Shown here: positions 33,057 through 43,619 of the stretch, piece by piece
Layout: the number at the start of each line of letters is the position of its first letter
How positions within the stretch are numbered: position 1 is the first letter of the stretch
Origin: Limnothrix sp. BL-A-16
Lineage (GTDB): Bacteria; Cyanobacteriota; Cyanobacteriia; CACIAM-69d
Direction of reading: 5' to 3'
Assembly (NCBI GenBank): GCA_041937175.2
Contig: CP166615.1
Location: 1,760,001 to 1,824,000 of the forward strand
Length of the DNA stretch: 64,000 nucleotides
Translations under genes and position numbers: made by a program
Notes under the pieces: generated by a model
The model's database searches: none
The model's input: the letters and a program-made list of their open reading frames with translations, nothing else
Told to the model about the DNA's origin: nothing

Positions 33057-34466
33057 ATGTTCTTACAGGAAACCCTGGCGGCTTTCATCACGCGGATGGA
33101 TGGCATCGCTCCAAGCAATTTTGTTCCCTTGTTTGGGCCCCTGCTGGCCACCGCCGAAGCTGAAAACTCCCCGATCGTTTTGGCTGGCGTGCTGTTGTCT
33201 TTGGTGATCATTTATTTGTCCAGCAAGCTTGGCTCAGAAGTGGCCAAGCGATTGGACTTTCCGCCCGTTTTGGGCGAACTGGTTGCCGGGGTGATCGTTG
33301 GGGTGTCGGCACTGCACCTGATCGTGTTCCCGGAAGGGGGCTTGACGGCCAATGACTCGATCGTGATGCAGGCCCTCAGCCTGATTAACACCCTCACGCC
33401 CGAAGCCGTCACGGATATCTTTAGCTCCCAAAGCGAAGTCATTTCCGTGCTGGCGGAATTGGGCGTGATTGTATTGCTGTTTGAAATCGGCCTGGAATCC
33501 GACCTGCGGCAACTCAAAGAAGTGGGCATTCAGGCCACTGTTGTAGCCTGCGTTGGAGTTGTTGTTCCCTTTGTTGCGGGCACTGCGGGGCTGATGACTA
33601 TTTTTGGTGTGCCCGCCATTCCCGCCATCTTTGCGGGTGCTGCCCTCACCGCCACCAGCATCGGGATTACCTCCAAAGTCCTGTCGGAGTTGAACCAGCT
33701 CAAATCCAAGGAAGGACAAATTATCGTCGGCGCGGCGGTGATTGATGACGTGCTGGGAATCGTGGTTTTGGCCGTGGTGGCCAGCCTGGCCAAGACCGGC
33801 GAAATTGACACCGGCAACGTGATCTATTTGATTGTTAGCTCCACGGTGTTTCTGTTTGGTTCCATTTTCCTGGGCGGTGTATTTAACAAGTTTTTTGTGA
33901 AGACCGTCGAAACGCTGAAAACACGCGGCAACATCGTGATTCCGGCCTTTATTTTTGCCTTCTTCATGGCATTTTTAGGCAACGCAATTCATTTGGAAGC
34001 CATCTTGGGAGCCTTTGCTGCTGGGTTGGTGTTGGATGAAAGCGATGCCCGCAATGAGCTGGATGAATTGGTGAAGCCGATCGCGGATTTGCTGGTGCCC
34101 ATTTTCTTTGTGACGGTCGGGGCCCGCGCCGATTTGGGTGTTCTGAATCCGGCCGTTCCCGAAAACCGGGCCGGCCTGCTGATTGCCGTGTTCTTGGTGG
34201 CTGTGGCGATCGTGGGCAAGTTGGTGACCGGCTGGGCCGTGTTTGGGCAACCGGGCATTAACCGCCTGGCGATTGGGGTGGGCATGATTCCCCGGGGCGA
34301 AGTGGGTCTGGTGTTTGCGGGCATCGGTTCCGCCAGTGGTGTGTTGAGCAAGCCCCTGGAAGTGTCGATCATCATCATGGTGATCTTGACCACCTTCCTG
34401 GCTCCGCCGTTCTTGCGAGTGGCCTTTGGGCAGCAGGAATCGAGCACCAGCGAATCAACCCCCTAG
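33057..34466 (+). CDS. nhaS3: CPA2-family Na+/H+ antiporter (NhaS3/NapA-like)
   Basis: LLFEIGLESD, ATSIGIT, AAVIDD, GMIPRGEVG. Alternative TTG start at 33030. Confidence 0.88.
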   Translation: MFLQETLAAFITRMDGIAPSNFVPLFGPLLATAEAENSPIVLAGVLLSLVIIYLSSKLGSEVAKRLDFPPVLGELVAGVIVGVSALHLIVFPEGGLTANDSIVMQALSLINTLTPEAVTDIFSSQSEVISVLAELGVIVLLFEIGLESDLRQLKEVGIQATVVACVGVVVPFVAGTAGLMTIFGVPAIPAIFAGAALTATSIGITSKVLSELNQLKSKEGQIIVGAAVIDDVLGIVVLAVVASLAKTGEIDTGNVIYLIVSSTVFLFGSIFLGGVFNKFFVKTVETLKTRGNIVIPAFIFAFFMAFLGNAIHLEAILGAFAAGLVLDESDARNELDELVKPIADLLVPIFFVTVGARADLGVLNPAVPENRAGLLIAVFLVAVAIVGKLVTGWAVFGQPGINRLAIGVGMIPRGEVGLVFAGIGSASGVLSKPLEVSIIIMVILTTFLAPPFLRVAFGQQESSTSESTP

Positions 34467-34570
34467 GGATTTTTTCAGCGATTCGCCCAGTTCTCGAAAT
34501 TCTCTAAGCAACAATTGCCACTGATCACCATCGATTGCAATTGATTGCTCATCATCAAACTGGATCACCG

Positions 34571-34598
34571 TCGGGGGCCTTGGCTCCCGATTTTTTTT
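34571..34598 (+). terminator. Intrinsic terminator of bicA-nhaS3
   Basis: TCGGGGGCCTTGGCTCCCGA hairpin followed by eight T. Confidence 0.7.
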
Positions 34599-34723
34599 GC
34601 TTGGCCTTGGCTTTTCTGTTGGCTTTTGGGATCGATGATTGGGGCGATCGGGCGTTGGGCAATCCCTCACTTTTTCCAAAATCTGGTAGATTCAGGCAGT
34701 CGAACAATGAGTCCTAAGCCGTT

Positions 34724-35461
34724 ATGACCTATTGCCTTGGCATTGTTACCCAGGAAGGATTGGTGATGGCCGCCGATTCGCGCACCAATGCCGGTGTTGA
34801 TAATGTTTCCACTTATAAAAAGTTATTTGACTTTTCTTTGCCAGGCGATCGGGTGGTTGTTGTTTGCACCTCCGGGAATTTATCTCTCACCCAATCGGTT
34901 ATTAGTCATCTTGAACAGGACTTAAAAAATCAAGCCAGCATCACGCTCCACTCCCTCACCAGCATGTATGACCTAGCCCATTATGTGGGTCAAACCCTCC
35001 GCAAAATTCACCAGGAACATTCTGAGTGGCTGCGGAAAGACAATGTGGATTTTTCGGGAAATCTGCTCTTGGGGGGACAAATTCGCGATGAAGGCCCCCA
35101 GCTATTTTTGATTTATAACCAAGGCAATTTTATCCATGCCACGGTAGAAACCCCATTCCTGCAAATTGGGGAAACTAAGTATGGAAAGCCCATTCTCGAT
35201 CGCACCGTCAGCTTCAACACGCCCCTCAACTCCGCGGCCAAGTGTGCCTTGCTTTCCCTAGACTCCACCATGAAGTCCAATATTTCCGTTGGCCCCCCGA
35301 TCAACATGGTGATGTATCGCAAAGACTCCTTTGAAATTCGCCATCGGCTGCGGCTACCGGCGGGCGATCCCTACCTGACCAAAGTGGGGCAAGAATGGGC
35401 TGCTTCTTTGCGCAAGGCCTTTGATCAAATGCCCGATTTAGAGTGGGAACATACCAACTAA
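34724..35461 (+). CDS. Proteasome-type protease (Anbu, Ntn-hydrolase)
   Basis: MTYC start (Thr1), DSRTNAGVD, QIGETKYGKPILDR, STMKSNISVGPP. Confidence 0.92.
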   Translation: MTYCLGIVTQEGLVMAADSRTNAGVDNVSTYKKLFDFSLPGDRVVVVCTSGNLSLTQSVISHLEQDLKNQASITLHSLTSMYDLAHYVGQTLRKIHQEHSEWLRKDNVDFSGNLLLGGQIRDEGPQLFLIYNQGNFIHATVETPFLQIGETKYGKPILDRTVSFNTPLNSAAKCALLSLDSTMKSNISVGPPINMVMYRKDSFEIRHRLRLPAGDPYLTKVGQEWAASLRKAFDQMPDLEWEHTN

Positions 35462-35502
35462 CCCAACTCATCACAACTCATTCTCATCACAAATCATCGA
35501 AG

Positions 35503-35579
35503 ACAAGGGGCTTAAGCCCCTTGTTACCACGACTGGCTCCGCAACTTTGACCCAATGTATTAAGCCTGTCGTGCTACTA
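35503..35579 (+). mobile_element. MITE family C, right half with perfect palindrome
   Basis: Palindrome 35503-35524, then CGACTGGCTCCGCAACTTTGACCCAA...CCTGTCGTGCTACTA matching 14991-15054. Confidence 0.7.
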
Positions 35580-35586
35580 GGTAAAG

Positions 35587-36198
35587 TTAAGCGCTGGGAA
35601 ATTGGTTGCGAATCACCACCTCTGAAAGGGGCAATTGGCCACCCCGTTCCCGCGCCGGTTGCACGGCCTTGCCTACCGTAATCATCATGCCAATTAGATG
35701 ATCGGCCGGGAGCTGAATAATGTCAGCAACCGCCTGGGGATCAAAACCAATCATCGGACAGGTATCGTAGCCCATGGCTTTGGCAGCCAACATCAAGGTT
35801 TGGGCCGCAATTCCACAGGATCGCATCGCTTCATCCCGTTGCAGGGCCTCGCTTCCCTCATAGAACTGAATAATCATCGGCACCAGTTGTTGGCGCACCG
35901 CTTCGGGGGCATTTTGCCAATAGCGTTCCGGTTGCTGTTGCCAAGCATTCAAATTTCCACACAACAACACCAACAGGGACGCATCGGTCACTTGGGCTTG
36001 ATTCCAAGAGGCGGCCCGAATTTGTTGGCGCAATTCGGGATCATCCACAATCACAAATCGCCAATTTTGAATATTGAACGATGTGGGCGAGAGCAACACA
36101 TGCTCCATCAGGGTCTGAATTTCCGCTTCAGACATTTGATGATTGGGGTCGTAATGCTTGACGGCGCGACGTTGCTGAATAGCGGTCAGGGTATCCAT
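35587..36198 (-). CDS. Nitroreductase family protein
   Basis: RRAVKHY, SPTSFNIQNWRF, GYDTCPMIGFD. Confidence 0.93.
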   Translation of the reverse strand: MDTLTAIQQRRAVKHYDPNHQMSEAEIQTLMEHVLLSPTSFNIQNWRFVIVDDPELRQQIRAASWNQAQVTDASLLVLLCGNLNAWQQQPERYWQNAPEAVRQQLVPMIIQFYEGSEALQRDEAMRSCGIAAQTLMLAAKAMGYDTCPMIGFDPQAVADIIQLPADHLIGMMITVGKAVQPARERGGQLPLSEVVIRNQFPSA

Positions 36199-36398
36199 AA
36201 GCTGTCCTGAATGGGGTGAATCGACTCAATTGAAGGGAAAGCTGCGGGTCGCCAAGGCCATGGGCCGCCTCCTAGCGACTTTGGCCCAAGCTCAGGGTGG
36301 GGAAATCAAATCGGGGAACGAAACCGACGAAAATTTCTCCTCACCCTGCGTTAAGTTTAGTAACATTGCCCGCAACTGCGACGAAGAGGAGAAACACC

Positions 36399-36866
36399 GT
36401 GAATCTGATTCCTGAAGACATTAAGCCCTATCTGAATTTATTTCACCCGATTTTGATGTGGGTGTTGTTGGGTCTGACGGTTTATGCGCTGTATTTGGGA
36501 GTCCAGGCCCGTCGGACTCGGACGGCGGAGGCGGAGGTGCGCAAGGAGTTGATTAAGGGGAAGTTTGCCAATCGTCACTACCAAATCGGCTCGTTGATTT
36601 TGGCGCTGATGGTGTTGGGGACGATCGGGGGGATGGCGGCAACCTATATCAATAACAACAAGCTGTTTGTGGGGCCGCACCTGTTGGCGGGCTTGGGGAT
36701 GACGGGGCTGATTGCTGTGTCGGCGGCCCTTTCGCCGTTGATGCAAAAGGGTCAAGATTGGGCCCGCTATGCCCACATTGGTTTGAATGTGGCCATTGTG
36801 GGACTGTTTGGCTGGCAGGCGGTTTCAGGAATGGATATCTTCCAGCGCATTTTGCAGAATTTTTAG
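36399..36866 (+). CDS. DUF4079-like membrane protein
   Basis: GAGGAG RBS before GTG; FHP..MW, RHYQIGS, GPHLLAG, HIGLN (His-bearing TM helices). Confidence 0.8.
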   Translation: MNLIPEDIKPYLNLFHPILMWVLLGLTVYALYLGVQARRTRTAEAEVRKELIKGKFANRHYQIGSLILALMVLGTIGGMAATYINNNKLFVGPHLLAGLGMTGLIAVSAALSPLMQKGQDWARYAHIGLNVAIVGLFGWQAVSGMDIFQRILQNF

Positions 36867-36927
36867 GTGCGGGTTGCTGACGGAAGACAGAGTGCCGTTG
36901 ATGAACCCTATGGATCCTGTGTAGGCG

Positions 36928-36953
36928 GCCGGTGCGATCGCGCCGGTTTTTTT
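36928..36953 (+). terminator. Intrinsic terminator centred on a HIP1 site
   Basis: GCCGGTGCGATCGCGCCGG followed by seven T. Confidence 0.65.
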
Positions 36954-37158
36954 GGGCCCCGGCTCCGGGGCCGATCGAGACCGGGTGGCCACCAATTTGG
37001 AGGCCGGCTCCCCCCTGCCCGTCCGGGCGATCGCAACGTTACCATGGCCAAATTGGGCCCAAACTTGCGCCACCTGCGTTGAAGGGCGTTTAAGGGCGAT
37101 CGCCTCGCCCGGGGCCGCAGCACCTTCATCCGTTGTTAATACAGCATCGATATCAACC

Positions 37159-39270
37159 ATGCCACAAACGTTTTATGTGAACCCGACCAGCGGTAATGAC
37201 AGCGCTGATGGATCCCAGGGTGCGCCGCTGAAGACCATTGCGGCGGCCCTGCGCAAAACCCAAGCGGGCGATCGGGTGCAATTGGCTGCGGGAACTTACA
37301 GCAGTACCAGCGGCGAAGAATTTCCGCTGACGGTTCCTTCGGGGGTGACCGTGGTGGGCAACGAAGGCACGAAGGGCAGCGGCATTCTGGTGCGGGGCAG
37401 TGGTCGCTATGTTAGCCCCACCTTTGCGGGTCAAAATGTCCTTTTTTTGTTAACGGACGATGCCCATCTGCGGGGGGTGACGGCGACTAATCCGGAAACG
37501 CGGGGAACGGCGGCTTGGGTGGAGTCGGCTCGCCCCACAATCGCCAACAACACGTTTGTGAACTCCAACCGAGAAGGGGTGTTCGTCAGCGGCTCCAGTG
37601 TGCCCCTGGTGGAAGGAAATTTGTTTGAAACCAACTCCGGTAATGGCTTGTCGATCGACCGGAACTCCAGCGGCACAATTCGCGGCAACACCTTCCGAAA
37701 TACGGGATTTGGGATTGCGGTGGGGGGCAATGCCAGCCCCACCATTAGCGGCAATGTGATTACGGGGAACCGTAGCGGCGTGGTGGCTTCCCAAACGGCC
37801 CGCCCCATTTTGCGCAACAACACGATCGAGAACAATCGAGATGACGGCCTGACGGTGATCAATCAGGCCTTGCCGGACTTGGGCAGCGCCGGACAGCCGG
37901 GGAATAATGTGTTTCGGGCGAATGGCAAGTACGACATTCAGAACGCCACCACGAATACGATCATGGCCGTTGGGAACCAGATTGGAACGGTGTTGGGGGC
38001 TGTGTCCTCGTCCGGTTCGGTGTCGCCATCGCCCACGCCTGTGCCAATTCCGTCTCCCGACCCCACGCCCACGCCCACGCCCACCCCGATTCCCGTGCCC
38101 ACCCCGATCGATGACTTGAAGGGCCACTGGGCAGAGGCGTTTATTCGGGCTTTGATCAGCCAGGGAGTGGTGAAGGGGTTTGAAGATGGCTCTTTTCGGC
38201 CCAATAACAAGTTGACGCGGGCGGAATATGCGGCGCTGGTGGTGAAGGCGTTCGATCGCCCCCTGGTCAAACCTCCCATTGGTTTTAGTGATGTGCCAGC
38301 GGGTTTTTGGGCGATCGGGGCGATCGCCAAGGCCAGCCAAATGGGCTTCATTTCCGGTTTCCCCGATAACAGCTTTCGCCCGGGCCAGAACTTGACCCGT
38401 ACCCAAGCCCTGTTGTCGATTACCAATGGATTGGGCCTCTCGGGTGGATCGCTGAATCTGTTGGGGAATTTTGCCGATCGCGCGCAGATCCCCAGCTACG
38501 CCACCAACCCGATCGCGACGGCCACCGCCAATCGCTTGGTGGTGAATTATCCCCAACTGAACGCCCTGCGCCCCCTGGAAGACATCACCCGCGCTGAAGT
38601 GGCCGCCTTGATCTATCAAGCACGGGTGTTGCTGAACCAAGCGCCGGCCCTCACATCGCCCTACATTGTGCAGCCCGATACCAAGCTGCCGGCCTTTACG
38701 GACACGCGCAACCACTGGGCAGAACCGTTCATCGAGGCCTTGGCCAATCGGGGGCTAATCGGGGGCTTCCCCGATGGATCCTTCCGGCCCGATGCCACCA
38801 TGACCCGTGCTCAGTTTGCCAGCGCGATCGCCAAGGTCTTTAATCCACCGGCCGAGCGACCGGGCAAAACGTTTACGGACGTGAGTTCCAGTTTCTGGGG
38901 CAATGCGGCGATCCAGCAGGCCTACCGGGCGGGCTTCATGTCTGGCACGTCGGAAACCACCTTCAGCCCCGATGCCACCTTGCAAAAGGTGCAAATTGCC
39001 GTGGCCCTGGCCAGTGGCTTGGATTGGCCGGACGGCACGGAGGCGGATTTGGCTTCCTTAAGCGATCGAGAAGCGGTGGCCAAGTGGGCCCGGCCCAAGG
39101 TGGCTGCCGTTTTGAAGCGCAAGGCGTTGGTCAGTTACCCCAGTGCCAATACCTTTGCCCCCGAGCGGTTTGCAACGCGGGCGGAGGTGGCGGCCATGTT
39201 GTATCAGGCCCTGCGCGATCGGGATGGATCTTTAACGGCCATTAATTCTCCCTACGTTCTTTCGGCTTAG
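37159..39270 (+). CDS. DUF1565 / right-handed beta-helix protein with Pro-Thr linker and SLH domains
   Basis: YVNPTSGNDS..GSQ..PLKTI, Asn-ladder repeats, PTPTP linker, two SLH triplets (HWA, F.P...TRA). Confidence 0.88.
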   Translation: MPQTFYVNPTSGNDSADGSQGAPLKTIAAALRKTQAGDRVQLAAGTYSSTSGEEFPLTVPSGVTVVGNEGTKGSGILVRGSGRYVSPTFAGQNVLFLLTDDAHLRGVTATNPETRGTAAWVESARPTIANNTFVNSNREGVFVSGSSVPLVEGNLFETNSGNGLSIDRNSSGTIRGNTFRNTGFGIAVGGNASPTISGNVITGNRSGVVASQTARPILRNNTIENNRDDGLTVINQALPDLGSAGQPGNNVFRANGKYDIQNATTNTIMAVGNQIGTVLGAVSSSGSVSPSPTPVPIPSPDPTPTPTPTPIPVPTPIDDLKGHWAEAFIRALISQGVVKGFEDGSFRPNNKLTRAEYAALVVKAFDRPLVKPPIGFSDVPAGFWAIGAIAKASQMGFISGFPDNSFRPGQNLTRTQALLSITNGLGLSGGSLNLLGNFADRAQIPSYATNPIATATANRLVVNYPQLNALRPLEDITRAEVAALIYQARVLLNQAPALTSPYIVQPDTKLPAFTDTRNHWAEPFIEALANRGLIGGFPDGSFRPDATMTRAQFASAIAKVFNPPAERPGKTFTDVSSSFWGNAAIQQAYRAGFMSGTSETTFSPDATLQKVQIAVALASGLDWPDGTEADLASLSDREAVAKWARPKVAAVLKRKALVSYPSANTFAPERFATRAEVAAMLYQALRDRDGSLTAINSPYVLSA

Positions 39271-39399
39271 GCCGATCGGGGGGGAGGGGAAGGGATCCTC
39301 GATCCCCCCCGCAACGCCGCAGCCCAGAAATCCCGTTCAGAAATCCAGTTCAGAAATCCAGCCCAACAATCCAGCAAAGCAACGTCGGTGAATCCTGCC

Positions 39400-42177
39400 A
39401 TGACTCGGGACTATGACCTGATTGGTTACGGTGATGAAGTGCCAGGGGTTCTGGCCCTGGTGGCGGCGGCCCGAGAATATCGGGCCCGATCGGGCGGTCA
39501 GCAACTCAAAACCCTGCTGCTCACGGCCGGTGACACCAGCTATGGCGTGGGTGGCCACCTGATCCGGGGGCAACTGTGCTACCTAGACCGCACCCATTTG
39601 GCCCCCAAGCTCCGGGAACAATACGGCATGGGTCTCTATGGCGATCCCGCCAGCCTCTATCAGGAGTTCTTGCAGCGATCGGGCGTGGTGGAAGTGGGCC
39701 TCGATTGGCGCAAGGGCGATCGGGCCCTGCGGGAAATGCTGCTGGAAGCGGGCGTGGATATTGTTGATCAGGCAAAAATCGCCCGCGTCCAAAAAACGGG
39801 CGATCGGCTCCTGTCCATCACCACCGATGACGGCGATACCTTCCAAGCCAAGCAGTTCATCGATTCCACCGTGAATGCGGGTCTCTTGCAAAGGGCCCGA
39901 GGCCTCACCGTCCGAGGCTTTGGCACCTTGGGGCTACCGGAGTCGGCCCTGCCGGTTTCGCTGGTTTTCGAGACCCAGGGCCTCACCGTAGACTTCCTGC
40001 GCCGGGCCGAAGCGGGTTGGATTCAACGATTCTGTAATCCCAAGGATGCCGAAGCCCAAAAATATCTCTCGATCGCAGCCGGTGGTGATCCCAAGCGCGT
40101 GCAGTGGTTCATCTCCCGAATGCAGGATAGTGCCGGCCGACCAATGACCATGGTGGTTGGCCCCGACTACATCGATGTGCGCTGCCATGTGTTATCGGTG
40201 CTCTATCACGCCTATCGCGGGACTGCCTGGAATTTGGAGCAAACCAAATTTGTCCTCGACTCACCGAACATTGCTGTGTTGCCGGGCGGGCGCATGTCCT
40301 GGAACGCGCTGCTTTGTTTTGTGACCGCCAGCGAAGCGGAAGCCTTGGCCCAAAATGCCGGTCTGCCCACCGCCCGGATGCAGCAGGAGGTGGATCACGT
40401 GAGTCGGTGGCTCAAGAGCTTTGGGCAACAAATCACCGTGACCCCGGCCCATGAACTATACATCCGCTATGCGGGCAGCATGGTGGATCCGATTCACCCG
40501 TTTTCCGGGGCCCAAATGCTGGCGGGCGGTTTGCCCACCCGTGAGGCTCTGGGCACCTTCTGCTACAAGTTCGATGTGCGGGGCGGCATCCCTGGCCTGG
40601 GCAAAAAAGCACTGGCTAAAAATCACAAGAGTTTGCAATTTTTGGCGGAACCTGTACCGGTGTTTAACTACGGCATTCGCCACGCCATTTCCAAATCCGT
40701 GCCCAATGTGGCGGTGGTGAGTCCGGCTTCTGGTTATTTCGGCATTGCCCCGGCGGCCGGGCGGATTGTGGAGTTGAATGCGGGGGTGGGCCAAGGTCTG
40801 GGGATTGCGGCAGCGATCGCCATTCAAGGGGGGCGAAACCTGGCCGATGTAACCAACGTGGAAGTCAATCAGGTTTTGAAAACGCGGGGACAGTTGCCGA
40901 CCATCTACGGAATTGGGCAGGCCCTCTCCCAAAAGTTTGCAGACTTTGAAAAGGACATGTTTCCTGATCCGTTGCCGATTCCGCAGCCGGATCCGATCGA
41001 TGATCTGTCCGATCACTGGGCAAAGGAATTCATTCAGATCCTGCGCGATCGCAAAGTCATGGGGGGCTATGAAGACGGCTCCTTTCGCCCCAACAACACC
41101 ATCAGCCGGGCGGAGTTCTCGGCGGTGTTGGGCCGGGCGTTTGATTTACCCCTGCGGCGGGCGGAGCGATCGTTTGTGGATGTGCCCAGCAACCATTGGG
41201 CCCATGGGGCGGTACAAAAGGCTTGGCGCATGGGATTCTTAACGGGCTATCAGGGCGATCGCTTCTTGCCCAATGCGGAAATTCGGCGCGGCGATGCCAT
41301 GACCGCCCTGGTGAATGGTTTGGGGTTACCGGCGGGCGATCTGAAACTGCTGGGGCTATACCAAGACCGGGCCACCATTCCCAGCTACGCAACGGGGGCG
41401 ATCGCCACGGCCACGGAGCGGCGCATGGTGGTGAACTATCCTCAAAAACGCCAGATTCGGGCCCAAGATCCCCTCACTCGGGGAGAGTTGGCCACCCTGA
41501 TTCACCAGGCCCTGGCGGCGCGGGGGGCAGTTCCGCCGCTGAACTCCGAGCACATTGTGCAGCCGATCGACCCTAGCGCCCTGCCCCTGTTTGCGGATTT
41601 GGAAGGGCATTGGGCCCGGCATTTTGTGGAAGCCTTCGCGATCGAGGGTTGGATCAGCGGCTACAAAGACGGCAGCTTTCGCCCCAATGACCCCATGACC
41701 CGGGCCCAATTTGCCGTGCTGGTGACTGCCGCGATCAAACCCCTGGCCCGCCGATCCGCCAAGACATTTCGGGATGTGCCCCGAGGCCACTGGGCCGATC
41801 GCGCCATTGAGCAGGCCTATGCGGCCGAGTTTCTTTCGGGTATGGGGGCCGATCAATTCCAGCCCGATGGCCCCCTCAAGCGGCTGCAAGTGGCCGTGGC
41901 CTTGGTGAGCGGGTTGCAGTGGGCCGATGAAGCCGTAGCGGTGCTCGATAGTTTGAGCGATCGCGCTGCCATTCCCACTTGGGCCCAACCCAAGGTAGCC
42001 ACCGCCCTGCGTCGTCGGTTACTGGTGAATTATCCCGATCCCCAACGATTTGATCCCGATCGCACCGCAACCCGGGCGGAAGTCGTCGTCATGCTTTACC
42101 AAGCCCTGGTCGCCAGCGGCCGGCTCAAGCCCCTGAACTCCGACATGATCAGCCAACCTGCTCCCCTGCCCACTTGA
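39400..42177 (+). CDS. FAD-dependent oxidoreductase-like protein with SLH domains
   Basis: YDLIGYGDEVPGVLA Rossmann-like start, AKQFIDST, GQGLGIAAA, Pro linker, two SLH triplets. Confidence 0.8.
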   Translation: MTRDYDLIGYGDEVPGVLALVAAAREYRARSGGQQLKTLLLTAGDTSYGVGGHLIRGQLCYLDRTHLAPKLREQYGMGLYGDPASLYQEFLQRSGVVEVGLDWRKGDRALREMLLEAGVDIVDQAKIARVQKTGDRLLSITTDDGDTFQAKQFIDSTVNAGLLQRARGLTVRGFGTLGLPESALPVSLVFETQGLTVDFLRRAEAGWIQRFCNPKDAEAQKYLSIAAGGDPKRVQWFISRMQDSAGRPMTMVVGPDYIDVRCHVLSVLYHAYRGTAWNLEQTKFVLDSPNIAVLPGGRMSWNALLCFVTASEAEALAQNAGLPTARMQQEVDHVSRWLKSFGQQITVTPAHELYIRYAGSMVDPIHPFSGAQMLAGGLPTREALGTFCYKFDVRGGIPGLGKKALAKNHKSLQFLAEPVPVFNYGIRHAISKSVPNVAVVSPASGYFGIAPAAGRIVELNAGVGQGLGIAAAIAIQGGRNLADVTNVEVNQVLKTRGQLPTIYGIGQALSQKFADFEKDMFPDPLPIPQPDPIDDLSDHWAKEFIQILRDRKVMGGYEDGSFRPNNTISRAEFSAVLGRAFDLPLRRAERSFVDVPSNHWAHGAVQKAWRMGFLTGYQGDRFLPNAEIRRGDAMTALVNGLGLPAGDLKLLGLYQDRATIPSYATGAIATATERRMVVNYPQKRQIRAQDPLTRGELATLIHQALAARGAVPPLNSEHIVQPIDPSALPLFADLEGHWARHFVEAFAIEGWISGYKDGSFRPNDPMTRAQFAVLVTAAIKPLARRSAKTFRDVPRGHWADRAIEQAYAAEFLSGMGADQFQPDGPLKRLQVAVALVSGLQWADEAVAVLDSLSDRAAIPTWAQPKVATALRRRLLVNYPDPQRFDPDRTATRAEVVVMLYQALVASGRLKPLNSDMISQPAPLPT

Positions 42178-42251
42178 GATCTCATCGGCTCCCCCTTGGC
42201 AATTGGGGTGATTTTGGCAACATAGGGGTGCAAACCCGATCAAAATTCCCC

Positions 42252-43454
42252 ATGCCTTTCCAAGCCATTCCCCATCGCCTCAAGCTTTGGCGCGGCCAGC
42301 GGCGCTCCAAGCTATCGGATCTTGCCGCGCAAATCGTGCCGCCCGCCGTCTTTCCCTGGACTCAGGACGGAGCCGAAGACTTCTTTGCCGAAGAACCCGG
42401 CAGTACCCCGGGAACGTTGCGGATTGACCCCGATGCCGCTCCGTCGGAGTTAATCGCCATCGATTACAGTCGCACCCACTGGGAACGGCAACTTTTGGCC
42501 GCCCCCACTGACTGTGAACCCCTGCTCGACTCCGGATCGGTCACTTGGTTGGATGTGCAAGGGCTGGGTTCTGAGGACGTGTTGCGCCAGTTGGGACAAG
42601 TGTTTCGCCTCCATGCCCTCACCCTGGAAGACATTGCCAATGTGCCCCAACGGCCCAAGGTGGAATTTGAGGACGATCGGATTTTGGTGTTGGTGCATAT
42701 GTTGTCGCCCAGGGGCAAAGGGGGCGGTTATTTTACAGAACAAGTCAGCCTTTTATTGGGCAGTAATTATGTTGTGACCGTGCAAGAAGAATCGGAGCAT
42801 GATGCCCTAGAACCCGTGCGAGAACGCCTGCGAACCGATCGGGGAATTATTCGACGCATGGGATCCGATTATTTGCTATGTGCCCTTTTGGATGCGATCG
42901 TGGATGGGTGCTATCCCGCCATGGATTATTACGGTCAGGAAATTGAGCGATTAGAATGCGCCATTTTGTTTGAACCCGATCGCAAACTAATGCGCGAAAT
43001 TTATATGATTGAGCGCGATTTGTTGACCCTGCGGCGTTGGATGGCTCCCCAAACCCACGCGATCGCCCTGTTGATGCGCGAACAACATCCCCTGATCACT
43101 CAAGATGTGCGGGCCTATTTACAGGAATGTTATGAACATGCAACGGATATTTTGGATGTAGTCACGCTCTATCAAGAATTGACCGTGAACTTGATGAATT
43201 TGTACATGTCCGCTGTTAGCAACCGCATGAATGAAATCATGAAGGTGTTAACCATTGTTTCGGCAATTTTTATTCCCCTCACCTTTTTGGCGGGGATCTA
43301 TGGCATGAATTTCAACACTGAAACTTCACCTTGGAATATGCCAGAGCTGAATTGGCGCTATGGCTATCTTGTCTGTTGGTTAGTGATGATTGTCACTGCC
43401 TGTGGGTTGGTGCTGTATTTTTGGCGAAGAGGCTGGTTTAAGAATTCTTTTTAG
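42252..43454 (+). CDS. corA: Magnesium/cobalt transporter
   Basis: LEDI...QRPKVE, NEIMKVLT, YGMNF, MPEL. Confidence 0.95.
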   Translation: MPFQAIPHRLKLWRGQRRSKLSDLAAQIVPPAVFPWTQDGAEDFFAEEPGSTPGTLRIDPDAAPSELIAIDYSRTHWERQLLAAPTDCEPLLDSGSVTWLDVQGLGSEDVLRQLGQVFRLHALTLEDIANVPQRPKVEFEDDRILVLVHMLSPRGKGGGYFTEQVSLLLGSNYVVTVQEESEHDALEPVRERLRTDRGIIRRMGSDYLLCALLDAIVDGCYPAMDYYGQEIERLECAILFEPDRKLMREIYMIERDLLTLRRWMAPQTHAIALLMREQHPLITQDVRAYLQECYEHATDILDVVTLYQELTVNLMNLYMSAVSNRMNEIMKVLTIVSAIFIPLTFLAGIYGMNFNTETSPWNMPELNWRYGYLVCWLVMIVTACGLVLYFWRRGWFKNSF

Positions 43455-43488
43455 GGCCTTGGTGGGTGCTGTTGATTGTGGCCACTGA

Positions 43489-43619
43489 GAGGATGTCTGA
43501 AAAGCCAGAATTGCTACTCTGTATGCTCCAGCGATCAACGCAAACAAGGGGCTTAAGCCCCTTGCCCCCACGATAATTGATGCTTGGCCCGTACTGAAAG
43601 ATGCTTCTCAGACATCCGC
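43489..43619 (+). mobile_element. MITE family A, copy 3
   Basis: GAGGATGTCTGAAAAG ... CTTCTCAGACATCCGC, TGA on both flanks, palindrome at 43544-43564. Confidence 0.85.
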
